The notes: generated by a model from the sequence alone, not told the origin. DNA of 64,000 nt from an uncultured Candidatus Saccharibacteria bacterium (GCA_964618625.1 CAZUBI010000001.1:254930-318929); one strand, 5' to 3'. Shown: positions 41,059 through 50,357, numbered from the stretch's first letter. Program-made: numbers and translations.

Positions 41059-41136
41059 TTTGATTTCTAAAAGCTCAACTTCGAATATAAGAGTTGCATT
41101 TGGAGGAATTGCGCCAGGTTTTCCATTTTCGTTTTT
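41059..41136 (-). pseudogene. 26-codon C-terminal remnant of an FKBP-type peptidyl-prolyl isomerase
   Basis: minus-strand translation KNENGKPGAIPPNATLIFEVELLEIK* matches the FKBP C-terminus (GxIPPNATLVFDVELL); in-frame TAG immediately upstream, no start codon. Confidence 0.6.
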
Positions 41137-41170
41137 CTATTCTATCATAACTTAATCTATTTTTCAAAAT

Positions 41171-41218
41171 AAGAACCTTCGCTTCGCTCAGAATCTTGTT
41201 TCTCGCTTCGCTCGAAAT
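41171..41218. repeat. ~50-bp conserved intergenic element, copy A (tandem ~22-bp half-sites)
   Basis: aagaaccttcgcttcgctcagaatcttgtttctcgcttcgctcgaaat; related copies at 54935..54987 and 60758..60809 (rc). Confidence 0.6.
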
Positions 41219-41219
41219 A

Positions 41220-42197
41220 TTAAGAAGTTTTTTTGTATTTCTGTTTAATTACATCCCGTAATATTTTTTCAACGCGTTTTATGCTTTCATCATCAAGTAT
41301 AGAAATTGAAATTGCTTTCTTACCTATTTTTTTTATATCACTAAGTTTTTTCTTTATCTCGTTTTTATCGAATAAATCGGACTTACTCAAAAAAACATAT
41401 TCAACCTTATCTAAAAGTTTTTTGCTGTAAGCTCCTAATTCATTCCTAATAATTTTGTAATCTTTTATTGGGTCAGGTGATTCTGCGGAAATAAAATGAA
41501 AAAGTGTTTTTGTCCTGTCAATATGGCGTAAAAATTTAATACCAAGACCTTTATTATCAGAAGCCCCTTCAATAAGTCCGGGAACGTCAGCCAATATCAA
41601 TTCATAATAAGCGCCCAAATTTGGATTGAGTGTTGTAAATGGATAATTAGCCACCTTGCTTTTAGCGTTTGTTAACTCATTCAACAAACTGGATTTACCT
41701 ACATTCGGCAAACCAACAAATCCAACATCAGCAATCAGCTTAAGCTCAAGCCTTAATTCATATTCTTCGCCAGGCAAACCTTCTTGAAATTGGGTTGGGC
41801 TTGTATTGGTAGACGATCTAAATTTAAAATTACCCTTGCCACCCCTGCCGCCTTTAGCTATAAGCAGCCGTTGTCCAATAGAAATAATCTCCGAATCTTC
41901 GCCAGCAGATAAATTATGAACTAAAGTGCCAATCGGTACTTTTAAAATAATATCTTTACCGTTTTCCCCATCATGAAGCTGAGGTTTTCCATTTTCACCA
42001 TCTTCTGCTACCAATTCTTTTTTACCGCGAAACTGGGAAAGAGCGCCAATATCAGATACACCCTCCAAATAAACGCTGCCTCCTTTACCGCCATTGCCGC
42101 CAGTCGGTCCAAGACTCATCAACACTTTACTAAATGCCACTGCACCGCGGCCGCCATGACCAGCTTTCACTTTAATTTTTATATCATCAATTAACAT
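41220..42197 (-). CDS. obg: GTPase Obg
   Basis: Obg-fold glycine-rich N-terminus (KAGHGGRGAVAF...GGNGGKGG) plus G-domain GLPNVGKSS. Confidence 0.9.
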   Translation of the reverse strand: MLIDDIKIKVKAGHGGRGAVAFSKVLMSLGPTGGNGGKGGSVYLEGVSDIGALSQFRGKKELVAEDGENGKPQLHDGENGKDIILKVPIGTLVHNLSAGEDSEIISIGQRLLIAKGGRGGKGNFKFRSSTNTSPTQFQEGLPGEEYELRLELKLIADVGFVGLPNVGKSSLLNELTNAKSKVANYPFTTLNPNLGAYYELILADVPGLIEGASDNKGLGIKFLRHIDRTKTLFHFISAESPDPIKDYKIIRNELGAYSKKLLDKVEYVFLSKSDLFDKNEIKKKLSDIKKIGKKAISISILDDESIKRVEKILRDVIKQKYKKTS

Positions 42198-42323
42198 TTA
42201 ACTAATTTCTTTAGCTTCCATTCTACCCCTTCAGCAAGCTCAGGACAAACAAAAAATCTAAATCTTACCCATTTTTGCGCAAAGGGCTAAAGAGTATCAA
42301 ATCTCCCTAAAAAATTAAAGTAA

Positions 42324-43412
42324 TTATAATCTTTGAGTATCCTCCGTTGTTTCCTTTCTTTTCTTCTTTTTCAAAAGAAAATAGGCAACTATTCCAAGTA
42401 TTACAATTAAAGCAATTATACCCAGAATCAATGCCCAATTTGAACCTTCTCTTTCAACTCCATCCCCAGGTACTGTTCCATCTACGCCGTAATAAGGTAA
42501 ACCTTCTTCATCGTATTCTTCCTCCTCTACTACTCCTTCTGTTGTAATATTCAAAGTATAAGCAACAAGTTCCTTGCTGCAATACCTGTCACAGATAACA
42601 CCAATGAATACATTCTCACTCTTTGTTATTGGTACAGAATTTGTAACAATTGCACCAGGATTTGACGCGTATTCTTCTTTTAATACACTCCTATTGCTAT
42701 CATATACGGTTATGTTTATGCTTGCCTCGCTTGACGGAGTTACTTTAGCAGCCAAGGTTTGTCCTTTCTTAACAGCTACTTTGTAGAAATCCTTGGCATC
42801 TGTACCTTCTTTTCCAGAAAGATAAGATTTATATTCTCCTGATCCAACACTCATTGCTTTTTCAACTGTATCCCCGGCATCTGTCTGGCTTCCAGCATCA
42901 TAACGATCTATCAAGGATATATCTAGCGAATGTGAAGCTATCGTCCAAAGATCAGATCCTGTCTTTATGTAATATTTGTAGGAGGCTTTATCTGCATTTG
43001 GCAACCAAGAACTGCTAATTGACTCGGGTGTCTTATGAACAACTGCGTCATCTTCAACTACTGCTATTCTATCTTCATTATATAAAACCAGAATAGCAAT
43101 TGCTTCTTTAGATGCAGCAGTAAATGTACCCTTAATGTTGACTTCCTGTCCAGGTTTTACATTCTCAAGATAAAAGTATTCTGTTTCTTTATTCTCAAAA
43201 CTTCCCCCTCCCTGGTAACTTCCTGGTTCCAGTTTAACTGCTGTTTCAAAACCATCTCCGCCTTTTGGTAAAGCCTCTTGAGCATTAACAATTCCTATTA
43301 CTCCAATTAAAAGAATCCCAAAAAAGACAGCTATTGTTAAATTTTTAGCATTAATGGTTCGGCTTTGCTCACCATTAATCCTGAGCTTACTGAACGGATT
43401 AAATTTTGCCAT
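42324..43412 (-). CDS. hypothetical cell-surface protein with N-terminal signal/anchor and C-terminal TM anchor
   Basis: 362 aa; beta-rich; C-terminal ALILGIIALIVILGIVAYFLLKKKKRK. Confidence 0.45.
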   Translation of the reverse strand: MAKFNPFSKLRINGEQSRTINAKNLTIAVFFGILLIGVIGIVNAQEALPKGGDGFETAVKLEPGSYQGGGSFENKETEYFYLENVKPGQEVNIKGTFTAASKEAIAILVLYNEDRIAVVEDDAVVHKTPESISSSWLPNADKASYKYYIKTGSDLWTIASHSLDISLIDRYDAGSQTDAGDTVEKAMSVGSGEYKSYLSGKEGTDAKDFYKVAVKKGQTLAAKVTPSSEASINITVYDSNRSVLKEEYASNPGAIVTNSVPITKSENVFIGVICDRYCSKELVAYTLNITTEGVVEEEEYDEEGLPYYGVDGTVPGDGVEREGSNWALILGIIALIVILGIVAYFLLKKKKRKETTEDTQRL

Positions 43413-43431
43413 ATATTTTAAATTTTATTAA

Positions 43432-43465
43432 TATTTAATTAGCACTTACATTTAATTAGCACTTA
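43432..43465. repeat. perfect tandem duplication of a 17-bp unit in the promoter region of 42324..43412
   Basis: atttaattagcacttac x2. Confidence 0.7.
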
Positions 43466-43517
43466 CGACCTCTTTGATTATACCATCTTTAAAAATCTAG
43501 GGCTATTCTTTCCATTC

Positions 43518-43853
43518 CTAAGGTAGAAATCGAACATCATTACATTTGCGATTTATACATTTAATCTTTTCTACAATGGGTGCTTCCATACATTCGTATT
43601 CACAATAAAAGCAGTTTTCTAAAAACTGCTTTTCGCTTTTTCTTAATTCAACCAAATCTGCGTCTTTATGAACTAAATGATAGCAACCAAAAGGACACAA
43701 GTCTCCGCCTTCTACTATGCAATCAGAATCTACATCACAATAATTTGTCTGTTCTAAAAAAGCAAATATTTCCTCTTCTAACTTATTGCAATCAATTTCA
43801 GGGACAAAAATATTTTTCCAGATAAAAAATCCTCCCACGCCCAAACCAACCAA
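43518..43853 (-). CDS. hypothetical membrane-anchored Cys-rich small protein
   Basis: 111 aa; 12 Cys in the ectodomain. Confidence 0.4.
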   Translation of the reverse strand: MVGLGVGGFFIWKNIFVPEIDCNKLEEEIFAFLEQTNYCDVDSDCIVEGGDLCPFGCYHLVHKDADLVELRKSEKQFLENCFYCEYECMEAPIVEKIKCINRKCNDVRFLP

Positions 43854-43965
43854 AACTATTAAAATAATTATTGGTAATATTACCTTTTTTATAATCCAAG
43901 TTTCTTACTAATTTTTTATTAAATTTTGTATGCCGATCTTTTGTTTTTTAGATATAATCATCTTT

Positions 43966-45858
43966 TTAATCCTGGAATTCGGGTAGCTTTATCTCAACTT
44001 TGGCCTCTTTTCTTAAGTTTTTAAGTAAATTAGATCTCATAGTCCATGTCTTCTGTTCAGTAAGGGTCTTTTTGATTTCTTCTCTTGCCAGTTCAAGGTT
44101 GGGTTCCTGAGCCGGCTTTTTCTCTTCAACTTTAATAATGTGATAACCATAAGGTGTTTTTACTACTTCACTAATCTCTCCCGCCTCAAGAGCAAAAACG
44201 GCTTTTTCAAAATTAGGTGTCATCTTGCCTCGAGAAAAAAAGCCAAGGTCTCCGGCCTTATCTTTTGTACCAGGATCTATTGATTCCCTCCTAGCCAGCT
44301 CCGTAAAATCTGTTCCGTCTTTCAACTGGCTTAAAACCGCTTTAGCTTCTTCTTCTGTTCTGACCAAAATATGAGATGCCCTCACCTCTTCCAGCTTGGC
44401 AAAATTAGTCTTGTATCTTTCAAAATAATCCTTGATTTCTTGTTCAGTAACAGTTACTTTACTGGCAACAATTTTTTCCGTTAAAATTTGCAGTTCAACT
44501 TGCCGCCTTAACTCCTCAGTAGTCATACCCACTTCAGAAAGCTTTTCCGCAGTAACTTTAAGTTCATCTATTTTTTTATCAATTTCTTCCGACCTCACTA
44601 CTATATTTTGTTCTTTTGCTTTTTGCTCAATGATAATTTCGATAATCATAAATTCAAGGACGCCTTCACCAACAAGAGGTATAAATCTCTGAACAAATTC
44701 ATCCTCTGTCTCCTCAGCTTTCTGCCATGTGGCGACTTGCCTCATTTGGGATTCATTACTTTGGATATAAATCCAAAGTCTCTGAATAAATTCATCCTTA
44801 GTGATTTCTACACCATTGACTATTGCTGCCACATCTTCCTTGCCTTCCGTAGCCTTGGCAGAGGAGGATTTTTCTTCCTCAATTTTAGAAACTTCCTCCC
44901 CGGCTTCTTTTAATTCTATAAATTTGAAGCTTTTGTAAAATAATTCAAATTTATCGTCTTTGATAGCTCCATTGCCAATGCGAAATACCCTTCCATTATG
45001 TTCTACTATTATTGATTCAGAGTACCAATCAGGGTATTGCGACGGAGTAACAATAATTTTGAGCGCTTGAATATTATTCAACCTAATACTTTCTCTTTCT
45101 TCAAAACGACCCGTTTCATAAAATTGCCTACCAATTTCACTAATGACTTCGTCTTTTGACTTTTGAGAACTATCATAAAACCAAAGTCCCCACAAGATAT
45201 CTTCTCTTATTTCTTGTGGCGCTACACCTATTCCATTTTCAAAATCCACCCTTCTCCAATCACTCGGATATTTAATAGTGTATCCCACTTTAGAATCAAT
45301 AAATATTTGCCAATCAATTGTTTTTATTGTTTGCTGTAATTCTTCCTTTTTTGCTCCAGTTACTGCTTGGACAGCTTCTTCTGAACCCTTTCTTGAAACC
45401 TCCATTGCCTTTTTGATAGCTGGCTTGGCCTCCTCAGGAACTTTTTCAAATACTTCTGCCAATATTTCTTGATGCTTTAAAGTTTTTTCAGTAATTAAAA
45501 TTGCTAATTCCTCAATGTCCTTTCCTTTGTTTTGAGCGTCTTGAGTTTTTATGTTAGCTAACCCTAAAAATTCTTGATATTTCTTATTGGCTTTCTCCAA
45601 AGCCTTGATTTGATTCTTTTCTGCCATTGCCATTACCTCGGCTAATTTCTCTTCAGCATATTTTAATGCTTTCTCAGCTTTCTTTTCAACTCGAAAAGTA
45701 AAAAACATTCCTATTCTTTCACCCAAAGTATCAAGAAAATAAAATGGGCTGTCAGGAGTAAGACCTGGATCTGGTAATTCTATCCCCTGAGCCAAAACCT
45801 CTGCTCCAAAAGAAAGAATTAAAAATAGTAATGTTGTTAATAAAATTATTTTTCTCAT
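43966..45858 (-). CDS. parvulin-type peptidyl-prolyl isomerase (PrsA/SurA-like) with N-terminal DUF5667-like domain
   Basis: C-terminal rotamase HILV...GDLGFFSRGKM...GYHIIKV; N-terminal PDSPFYFLD motif shared with 27090..28073. Confidence 0.7.
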   Translation of the reverse strand: MRKIILLTTLLFLILSFGAEVLAQGIELPDPGLTPDSPFYFLDTLGERIGMFFTFRVEKKAEKALKYAEEKLAEVMAMAEKNQIKALEKANKKYQEFLGLANIKTQDAQNKGKDIEELAILITEKTLKHQEILAEVFEKVPEEAKPAIKKAMEVSRKGSEEAVQAVTGAKKEELQQTIKTIDWQIFIDSKVGYTIKYPSDWRRVDFENGIGVAPQEIREDILWGLWFYDSSQKSKDEVISEIGRQFYETGRFEERESIRLNNIQALKIIVTPSQYPDWYSESIIVEHNGRVFRIGNGAIKDDKFELFYKSFKFIELKEAGEEVSKIEEEKSSSAKATEGKEDVAAIVNGVEITKDEFIQRLWIYIQSNESQMRQVATWQKAEETEDEFVQRFIPLVGEGVLEFMIIEIIIEQKAKEQNIVVRSEEIDKKIDELKVTAEKLSEVGMTTEELRRQVELQILTEKIVASKVTVTEQEIKDYFERYKTNFAKLEEVRASHILVRTEEEAKAVLSQLKDGTDFTELARRESIDPGTKDKAGDLGFFSRGKMTPNFEKAVFALEAGEISEVVKTPYGYHIIKVEEKKPAQEPNLELAREEIKKTLTEQKTWTMRSNLLKNLRKEAKVEIKLPEFQD

Positions 45859-45897
45859 AATTTGTTACTTCTGTTACGTTTTTATATTATTAACTCC

Positions 45898-46248
45898 CTA
45901 TCCTAAGCGCCTTCTTTTTAGATGAACAACCAGACAAGAAATAAAATACAAAACTACGGCGTCAAAGAGTCCAATAAAAATAAGTCCGAGCAGATTTGGT
46001 CCCCCAATATCAAAAAACATTGCAGGATTAGTTGTGGTCAACCCTAATGCTCTGATAATTAGAAGAGGAGGAAAGAATAAGACAACTACAATGATAAACA
46101 CAAAAATATTGACAATGGGTATATTATGCAAAGCTAGTGACAATAGAAGAAAAGGAGAAATCAAAAGAAAAATTATGGATGCTGTTAATTTTCCCAAAGT
46201 AGGTTTTAAAAACTCTAATATATTCATTTGTTTTTTAAGTAAGTTCAT
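45898..46248 (-). CDS. hypothetical small membrane protein
   Basis: 116 aa, 3-4 TM helices. Confidence 0.35.
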   Translation of the reverse strand: MNLLKKQMNILEFLKPTLGKLTASIIFLLISPFLLLSLALHNIPIVNIFVFIIVVVLFFPPLLIIRALGLTTTNPAMFFDIGGPNLLGLIFIGLFDAVVLYFISCLVVHLKRRRLG

Positions 46249-46379
46249 TTTTAAAATCTAATTCATCGATTTGTATTAAATTAACTAAAGCTTCAAATTC
46301 TTTTTGATCCACGCCTTTCATTTTTTTAAAATTTTAACAACCCCCTTATTAGCATCAACCTCAACTAAATCGCCATCTT

Positions 46380-47003
46380 TTAACCAAATTTTCTTTTTGG
46401 TTTTAATAATTTATTTATTTTCTCTACAAGTTGTTCTTTTTCCTGATTATTATAATATCCTTCTATTTTACCAATAAGTTTTCCGCCTTTAAAAAACAAT
46501 AAAGCAGGAAGCTTTTTTATTTTATATTTCTTCAACAAAGAATCATCTTTTACTTCTGTTTTTTTATATTTTATATCCTCATCCTGAAATAATTCTTTTA
46601 TTGGAATTGAACGAAGTAAACATTCTATTGAGTTATTTTTAAATAATTCTGCTACAGCCAATTTGGTTGATTTTAAAATCTGAATATCAAATTTGTCTTG
46701 AGAAATTAAAAAACCTGGATGAATCGGCTGAGCTCCATATCTATCAACAAATAGATCTGAAATTTTCCTTGAATCTTCTTTAATCTCTTTTTTTATTTTT
46801 CTATACTCCTTTTCGGTTTTAGCAACTCTTATCGCACCGATCGGACAAGCTTCCTCACACTTACCACAGTTGATACATTTAGAATTATCAACTGCTATTG
46901 TTTTATTTTTATCATCCCAATAAAAGGCGCCAACAGGACATACTTCTATTCCGCCACAATCTTCTGTGTTGTCACAAATCTTAAAATTTATTAAAACTGC
47001 CAT
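46380..47003 (-). CDS. 4Fe-4S dicluster ferredoxin domain fused to a thioredoxin-like fold
   Basis: CxxCxxCxxxCP (CINCGKCEEACP) plus a second Cys cluster; C-terminal Trx-like beta-alpha pattern without CxxC. Confidence 0.5.
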   Translation of the reverse strand: MAVLINFKICDNTEDCGGIEVCPVGAFYWDDKNKTIAVDNSKCINCGKCEEACPIGAIRVAKTEKEYRKIKKEIKEDSRKISDLFVDRYGAQPIHPGFLISQDKFDIQILKSTKLAVAELFKNNSIECLLRSIPIKELFQDEDIKYKKTEVKDDSLLKKYKIKKLPALLFFKGGKLIGKIEGYYNNQEKEQLVEKINKLLKPKRKFG

Positions 47004-47033
47004 ATTTTTTATTATATTAATTATTCTTCTCCC

Positions 47034-47066
47034 ATTCTACCAAAAAATCGCCTCTTTGGCGATTTT
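47034..47066. repeat. repeated terminator-like hairpin, copy 1 (AAAAAATCGCCTCTTTGGCGATTTT)
   Basis: 7-bp stem AATCGCC/GGCGATT, loop TCTTT, flanked by an A-run and a T-run. Confidence 0.8.
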
Positions 47067-47100
47067 AATGTGTTTCGACTGGGTTTAAACCATAATTAAT

Positions 47101-47937
47101 TTACGATGAATTAAGGACTTCTGATATTTTCAATTTCCCAAATTCATTGAATATGGTTTTAATACCAACCTCATTTTTCCACCATCCATTTTGTGCAAAA
47201 TTGCCAGTTGGTGTTACGGCTGAATTTACTCTGTACAACTTTGTATCTTGTGGAATATATTTCATCATATGTGCCCATGATCGCCTCATAGCAAACCATA
47301 CGGTTACGAGAATTATAGAATTATATGGTAATCCCAATTGATCCATCATATTCAATCCACCGCGCACATTATCTGGAACACTAATTGCAGTATCATGAAT
47401 AACTATACTTTCAGATGGAACATCATGTTCTATAGCCCATTCTTTAAATATTAATGCTTCTGACTTTTCTCGTTTTTCATAAATAGGCATACCACCAGAA
47501 ATGAAAATCTTAGGGGCCAACCCTTGTTTATATAAATCAACCGCAACTTCAATTCGTGATAAACTTTTACTTCCAAAGACAAAAATGACATCAGAAAGCT
47601 GAGGTGTATCCTCTTCACCAAAATATTTTGTTATGTCTTGCATTAAATTATCTAATTCCCTGTCTCCATCTTGAACCATACGTAATGTCCTAGAAACAAT
47701 TTGTGATTGTGCCTTCGCGCCAAGCACGACTAATTCCTGCCATGTGAGATTTTGATAAAAAATGTCAACAGGTAATCCAATTAATTCAAGCCAGCGAATA
47801 AATAATTCAAATCTAGCAAAGTGTTTATTTTCTTTCCCTATCGCGACTGGACGTTTCGCCTCTCGCTTAAGAATTGTTTCCAACTCTTTTACTGCGGGTA
47901 ATTCTGCTGAGTTTTTCCGATTTGAAATAATATTCAT
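47101..47937 (-). CDS. DUF218 (YdcF/ElyC-like) domain protein
   Basis: VIFVFGSKSLSRIEVAVDLYKQGLAPKIFISGG. Confidence 0.55.
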   Translation of the reverse strand: MNIISNRKNSAELPAVKELETILKREAKRPVAIGKENKHFARFELFIRWLELIGLPVDIFYQNLTWQELVVLGAKAQSQIVSRTLRMVQDGDRELDNLMQDITKYFGEEDTPQLSDVIFVFGSKSLSRIEVAVDLYKQGLAPKIFISGGMPIYEKREKSEALIFKEWAIEHDVPSESIVIHDTAISVPDNVRGGLNMMDQLGLPYNSIILVTVWFAMRRSWAHMMKYIPQDTKLYRVNSAVTPTGNFAQNGWWKNEVGIKTIFNEFGKLKISEVLNSS

Positions 47938-47945
47938 ATTTTAAT

Positions 47946-47978
47946 TCTACCAAAAAATCGCCTCTTTGGCGACTTTAT
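47946..47978. repeat. repeated hairpin, copy 2
   Basis: ctaccaaaaaatcgcctctttggcgacttt. Confidence 0.8.
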
Positions 47979-48892
47979 TATAATAACTTTTCTTGAGAAT
48001 ATCTTTTAAAGGCGTAAGTATAAATTAAATAAAACGCAGCATAACCTCGGTATTCTCCAAATGATTTGAATAATTTTCTCACCTTTTGCTCTGAAACTCT
48101 TTCCTTTTCGTTCAAATAAGCAGTCACGCTTATTCTTAGCCCCATATCATTAGCTGGAAGAACGTCATATCTGCCCATGCCCCGACACATCATATATTCA
48201 ACTGTCCAAGGACCAACACCTCTGATTTGAGTCAAAACATCCAAAATCCTTTCTTTATCCCATTTTTTCATTTTTTCTAGATTTATTTCTTGTTCGGCAA
48301 CTTTTTTTGATACATCAACTATATATTCAGATTTTTTAAGGCTAAGTCCAAGTTTTTTGATTTCTTCAGGTTTAACCTTAGCTAAAGATTCAGGGGAAGG
48401 AAAAGTATAGTATGTTTTACTGTTTATCTTTATTGACTTCCCATATTTTTCTACTAATCTTTTTCGTAAAGCGACAGCCACAGATAAGGCAATCTGTTGT
48501 TCGGTTATGGCAATTATTAAAGCCTCAAATACTGTCGGGGTTTTTGGGGGTCTTAAACCATAGAGATTTTTAATTATTTGAGCAAATTTTTTGTCTTTTA
48601 AACCAATTTTATAAAATCCCCTTATATCATCATCTATTCCAAGCATCCATTTTATCTTTTCTTCAATTAATGACTTCCCAGCTTTATCTGGCAAAATCTC
48701 TATTGAAAGTTTTGGTTTTTCTACTAAGCCTACTGACCTGACTTTTATAAGCTGAGTTTTGTCTTTGATTTTGAGAGCTCGCTCGTATACTCCATTACTA
48801 TAGTAATCAACACACTGAACAGGAAATCTTGAATAGAGACTCCCAACTAAATCAAAATTAAAGGGCGGTTTGGGTGTTATAAAGAATTTCAT
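47978..48892 (-). CDS. HhH-GPD DNA glycosylase (AlkA-like, DNA-3-methyladenine glycosylase II family)
   Basis: HhH-GPD motif LTQIRGVGPWTVEYMMCRGMGRYDVLPANDMGL. Confidence 0.75.
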   Translation of the reverse strand: MKFFITPKPPFNFDLVGSLYSRFPVQCVDYYSNGVYERALKIKDKTQLIKVRSVGLVEKPKLSIEILPDKAGKSLIEEKIKWMLGIDDDIRGFYKIGLKDKKFAQIIKNLYGLRPPKTPTVFEALIIAITEQQIALSVAVALRKRLVEKYGKSIKINSKTYYTFPSPESLAKVKPEEIKKLGLSLKKSEYIVDVSKKVAEQEINLEKMKKWDKERILDVLTQIRGVGPWTVEYMMCRGMGRYDVLPANDMGLRISVTAYLNEKERVSEQKVRKLFKSFGEYRGYAAFYLIYTYAFKRYSQEKLL

Positions 48893-48934
48893 TATTCTAA
48901 TTTTACCATACTATATTAAAAATTCTCAGCTTAA

Positions 48935-49045
48935 ACAAAAAACCGCCTCTTTGGCGATTTTAATGTATCTCGGTCTCCCGATAAAAAAGTTCGACGGCTA
49001 TCCCTAGGGCTATGGAACGATGTTGGAACCTATTTGGCAAAACTA
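48935..49045. repeat. repeated hairpin copy 3 with ~85-nt conserved extension
   Basis: aaccgcctctttggcgatttTAATGTATCTCGGTCTCCCGATAAAAAAGTTCGACGGCTATCCCTAGGGCTATGGAACGATGTTGGAACCTATTTG. Confidence 0.75.
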
Positions 49046-49615
49046 CAATAATCTTTTTTCTTTAAAGTTCTCTATATCTTCTGGCCGAAGAAGCACTGAT
49101 AAATCTGCATATTTTTGCATACCAAGTGAAGGAGCGTGTGAAAACCCAACATATTCTAGTTTCTTTTCTTTATGTTTAATATAGCAAACAGCTGGAATTA
49201 AGTCTGTATCAGAACTAACCAAAATAGCAGTATCATATAAATTATCTATTGCCCCTACGATTAAATCAACGGCTATTTTAACATCCGTGCCTTTTTCTCT
49301 TATTTTCCCTTCATCATACATAATTTTGCCACGTTTTATACTAAATCCTTCTTTTTCGATTCCTGATAAAAATTTCTGTTGACCTCGTACAATTTGTTTA
49401 CTCTTTTCAGTACCATTAAAATTTCTGGCAATTCCAACATAATATCTTTTTGATATACATTGACGTTCCCCAACGAGAAATTCTACAAACTTACTATAAT
49501 CGAACTTTAATCCTTCTGGGAAGCTAATCTCTTCATGTTTAAGATATTTGTAGAAATTATTCCCATCAATATAAACGACAACTTTCTCTTTTCTCTTAAA
49601 AGGTATGGTAGCCAT
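49043..49615 (-). CDS. NYN-domain (LabA-like) predicted RNase
   Basis: VVYIDGNNF...DVKIAVD...LVSSDTDLIPAV. Confidence 0.65.
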   Translation of the reverse strand: MATIPFKRKEKVVVYIDGNNFYKYLKHEEISFPEGLKFDYSKFVEFLVGERQCISKRYYVGIARNFNGTEKSKQIVRGQQKFLSGIEKEGFSIKRGKIMYDEGKIREKGTDVKIAVDLIVGAIDNLYDTAILVSSDTDLIPAVCYIKHKEKKLEYVGFSHAPSLGMQKYADLSVLLRPEDIENFKEKRLL

Positions 49616-49736
49616 ATACTTTAATTATACCATAAAAAAAAACTACCCTTGCCCAAAGGCAGGAGTAGTGCTTATAGTACTTTCATTATAGTCCTATTAA
49701 TTATTTTGTCAAGAGGATAATTGTGTATAAATTTTA

Positions 49737-49835
49737 TCAAAAAATCGCCTCTTTGGCGATTCCATGTATCTCGGTCTCTCGATAAAAGAACTAGACGGCT
49801 GTCTCTATGGAACAATGTTGGAGCCTATTTGACTC
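49737..49835. repeat. repeated hairpin copy 4 with conserved extension
   Basis: aatcgcctctttggcgattCCATGTATCTCGGTCTCTCGATAAAAGAACTAGACGGCTGTCTCTATGGAACAATGTTGGAGCCTATTTG. Confidence 0.75.
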
Positions 49836-50346
49836 TGTTATTTTCAACAAACTTTAAATAAATCTCCCTTAATAATCTCGCATCATCTAAGGCGTTATGC
49901 TCTTGGTACTTCGAAAAATCAACCCCCAATCTTTTACAAAATTTATTCTTATTTTCATTAAATTCCTCGGGATTAACTCCTGCAGCAAAAAGCATAGAAG
50001 CAAAATCAATAGGTATCCAATGAAAAGGATCTTTTTCTTCCTCAAGCAGTTTATAAAGATAAATCGCATCAAACTGACCAACATAAGCCAACATATATGG
50101 CTTTGAATCACCAATAAATTCCTTAATCTTCTGGACAGCAATTTTTCTACTTATTTTAAGTTCTGTAAGACTAGGGCTAATATTTTTCTTTACCCACTCG
50201 TCAATTTCACCATCATACTCTAACTCCATATACAATTCCTCGCCATTCGATCTAACTAAACCGATTGAGAGTATTTCTCCTTTGTATGGATTTAAACTTG
50301 AAAACTCTGTATCAAGAAAAATAATATTATTAGAAAATGGTTTCAT
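49825..50346 (-). CDS. DEDDh 3'-5' exonuclease (DnaQ-like fold)
   Basis: Exo I FLDTEFS; Exo III HNALDDARLL. Confidence 0.7.
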   Translation of the reverse strand: MKPFSNNIIFLDTEFSSLNPYKGEILSIGLVRSNGEELYMELEYDGEIDEWVKKNISPSLTELKISRKIAVQKIKEFIGDSKPYMLAYVGQFDAIYLYKLLEEEKDPFHWIPIDFASMLFAAGVNPEEFNENKNKFCKRLGVDFSKYQEHNALDDARLLREIYLKFVENNRVK

Positions 50347-50357
50347 ATATACCTCAT

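Noticed and set aside
42198-42323. TTTGCGCAAA palindrome downstream of the surface-anchor gene
   Set aside because: A 10-bp palindrome with a poor flanking stem and no U-run. It is not convincing as a terminator or operator.
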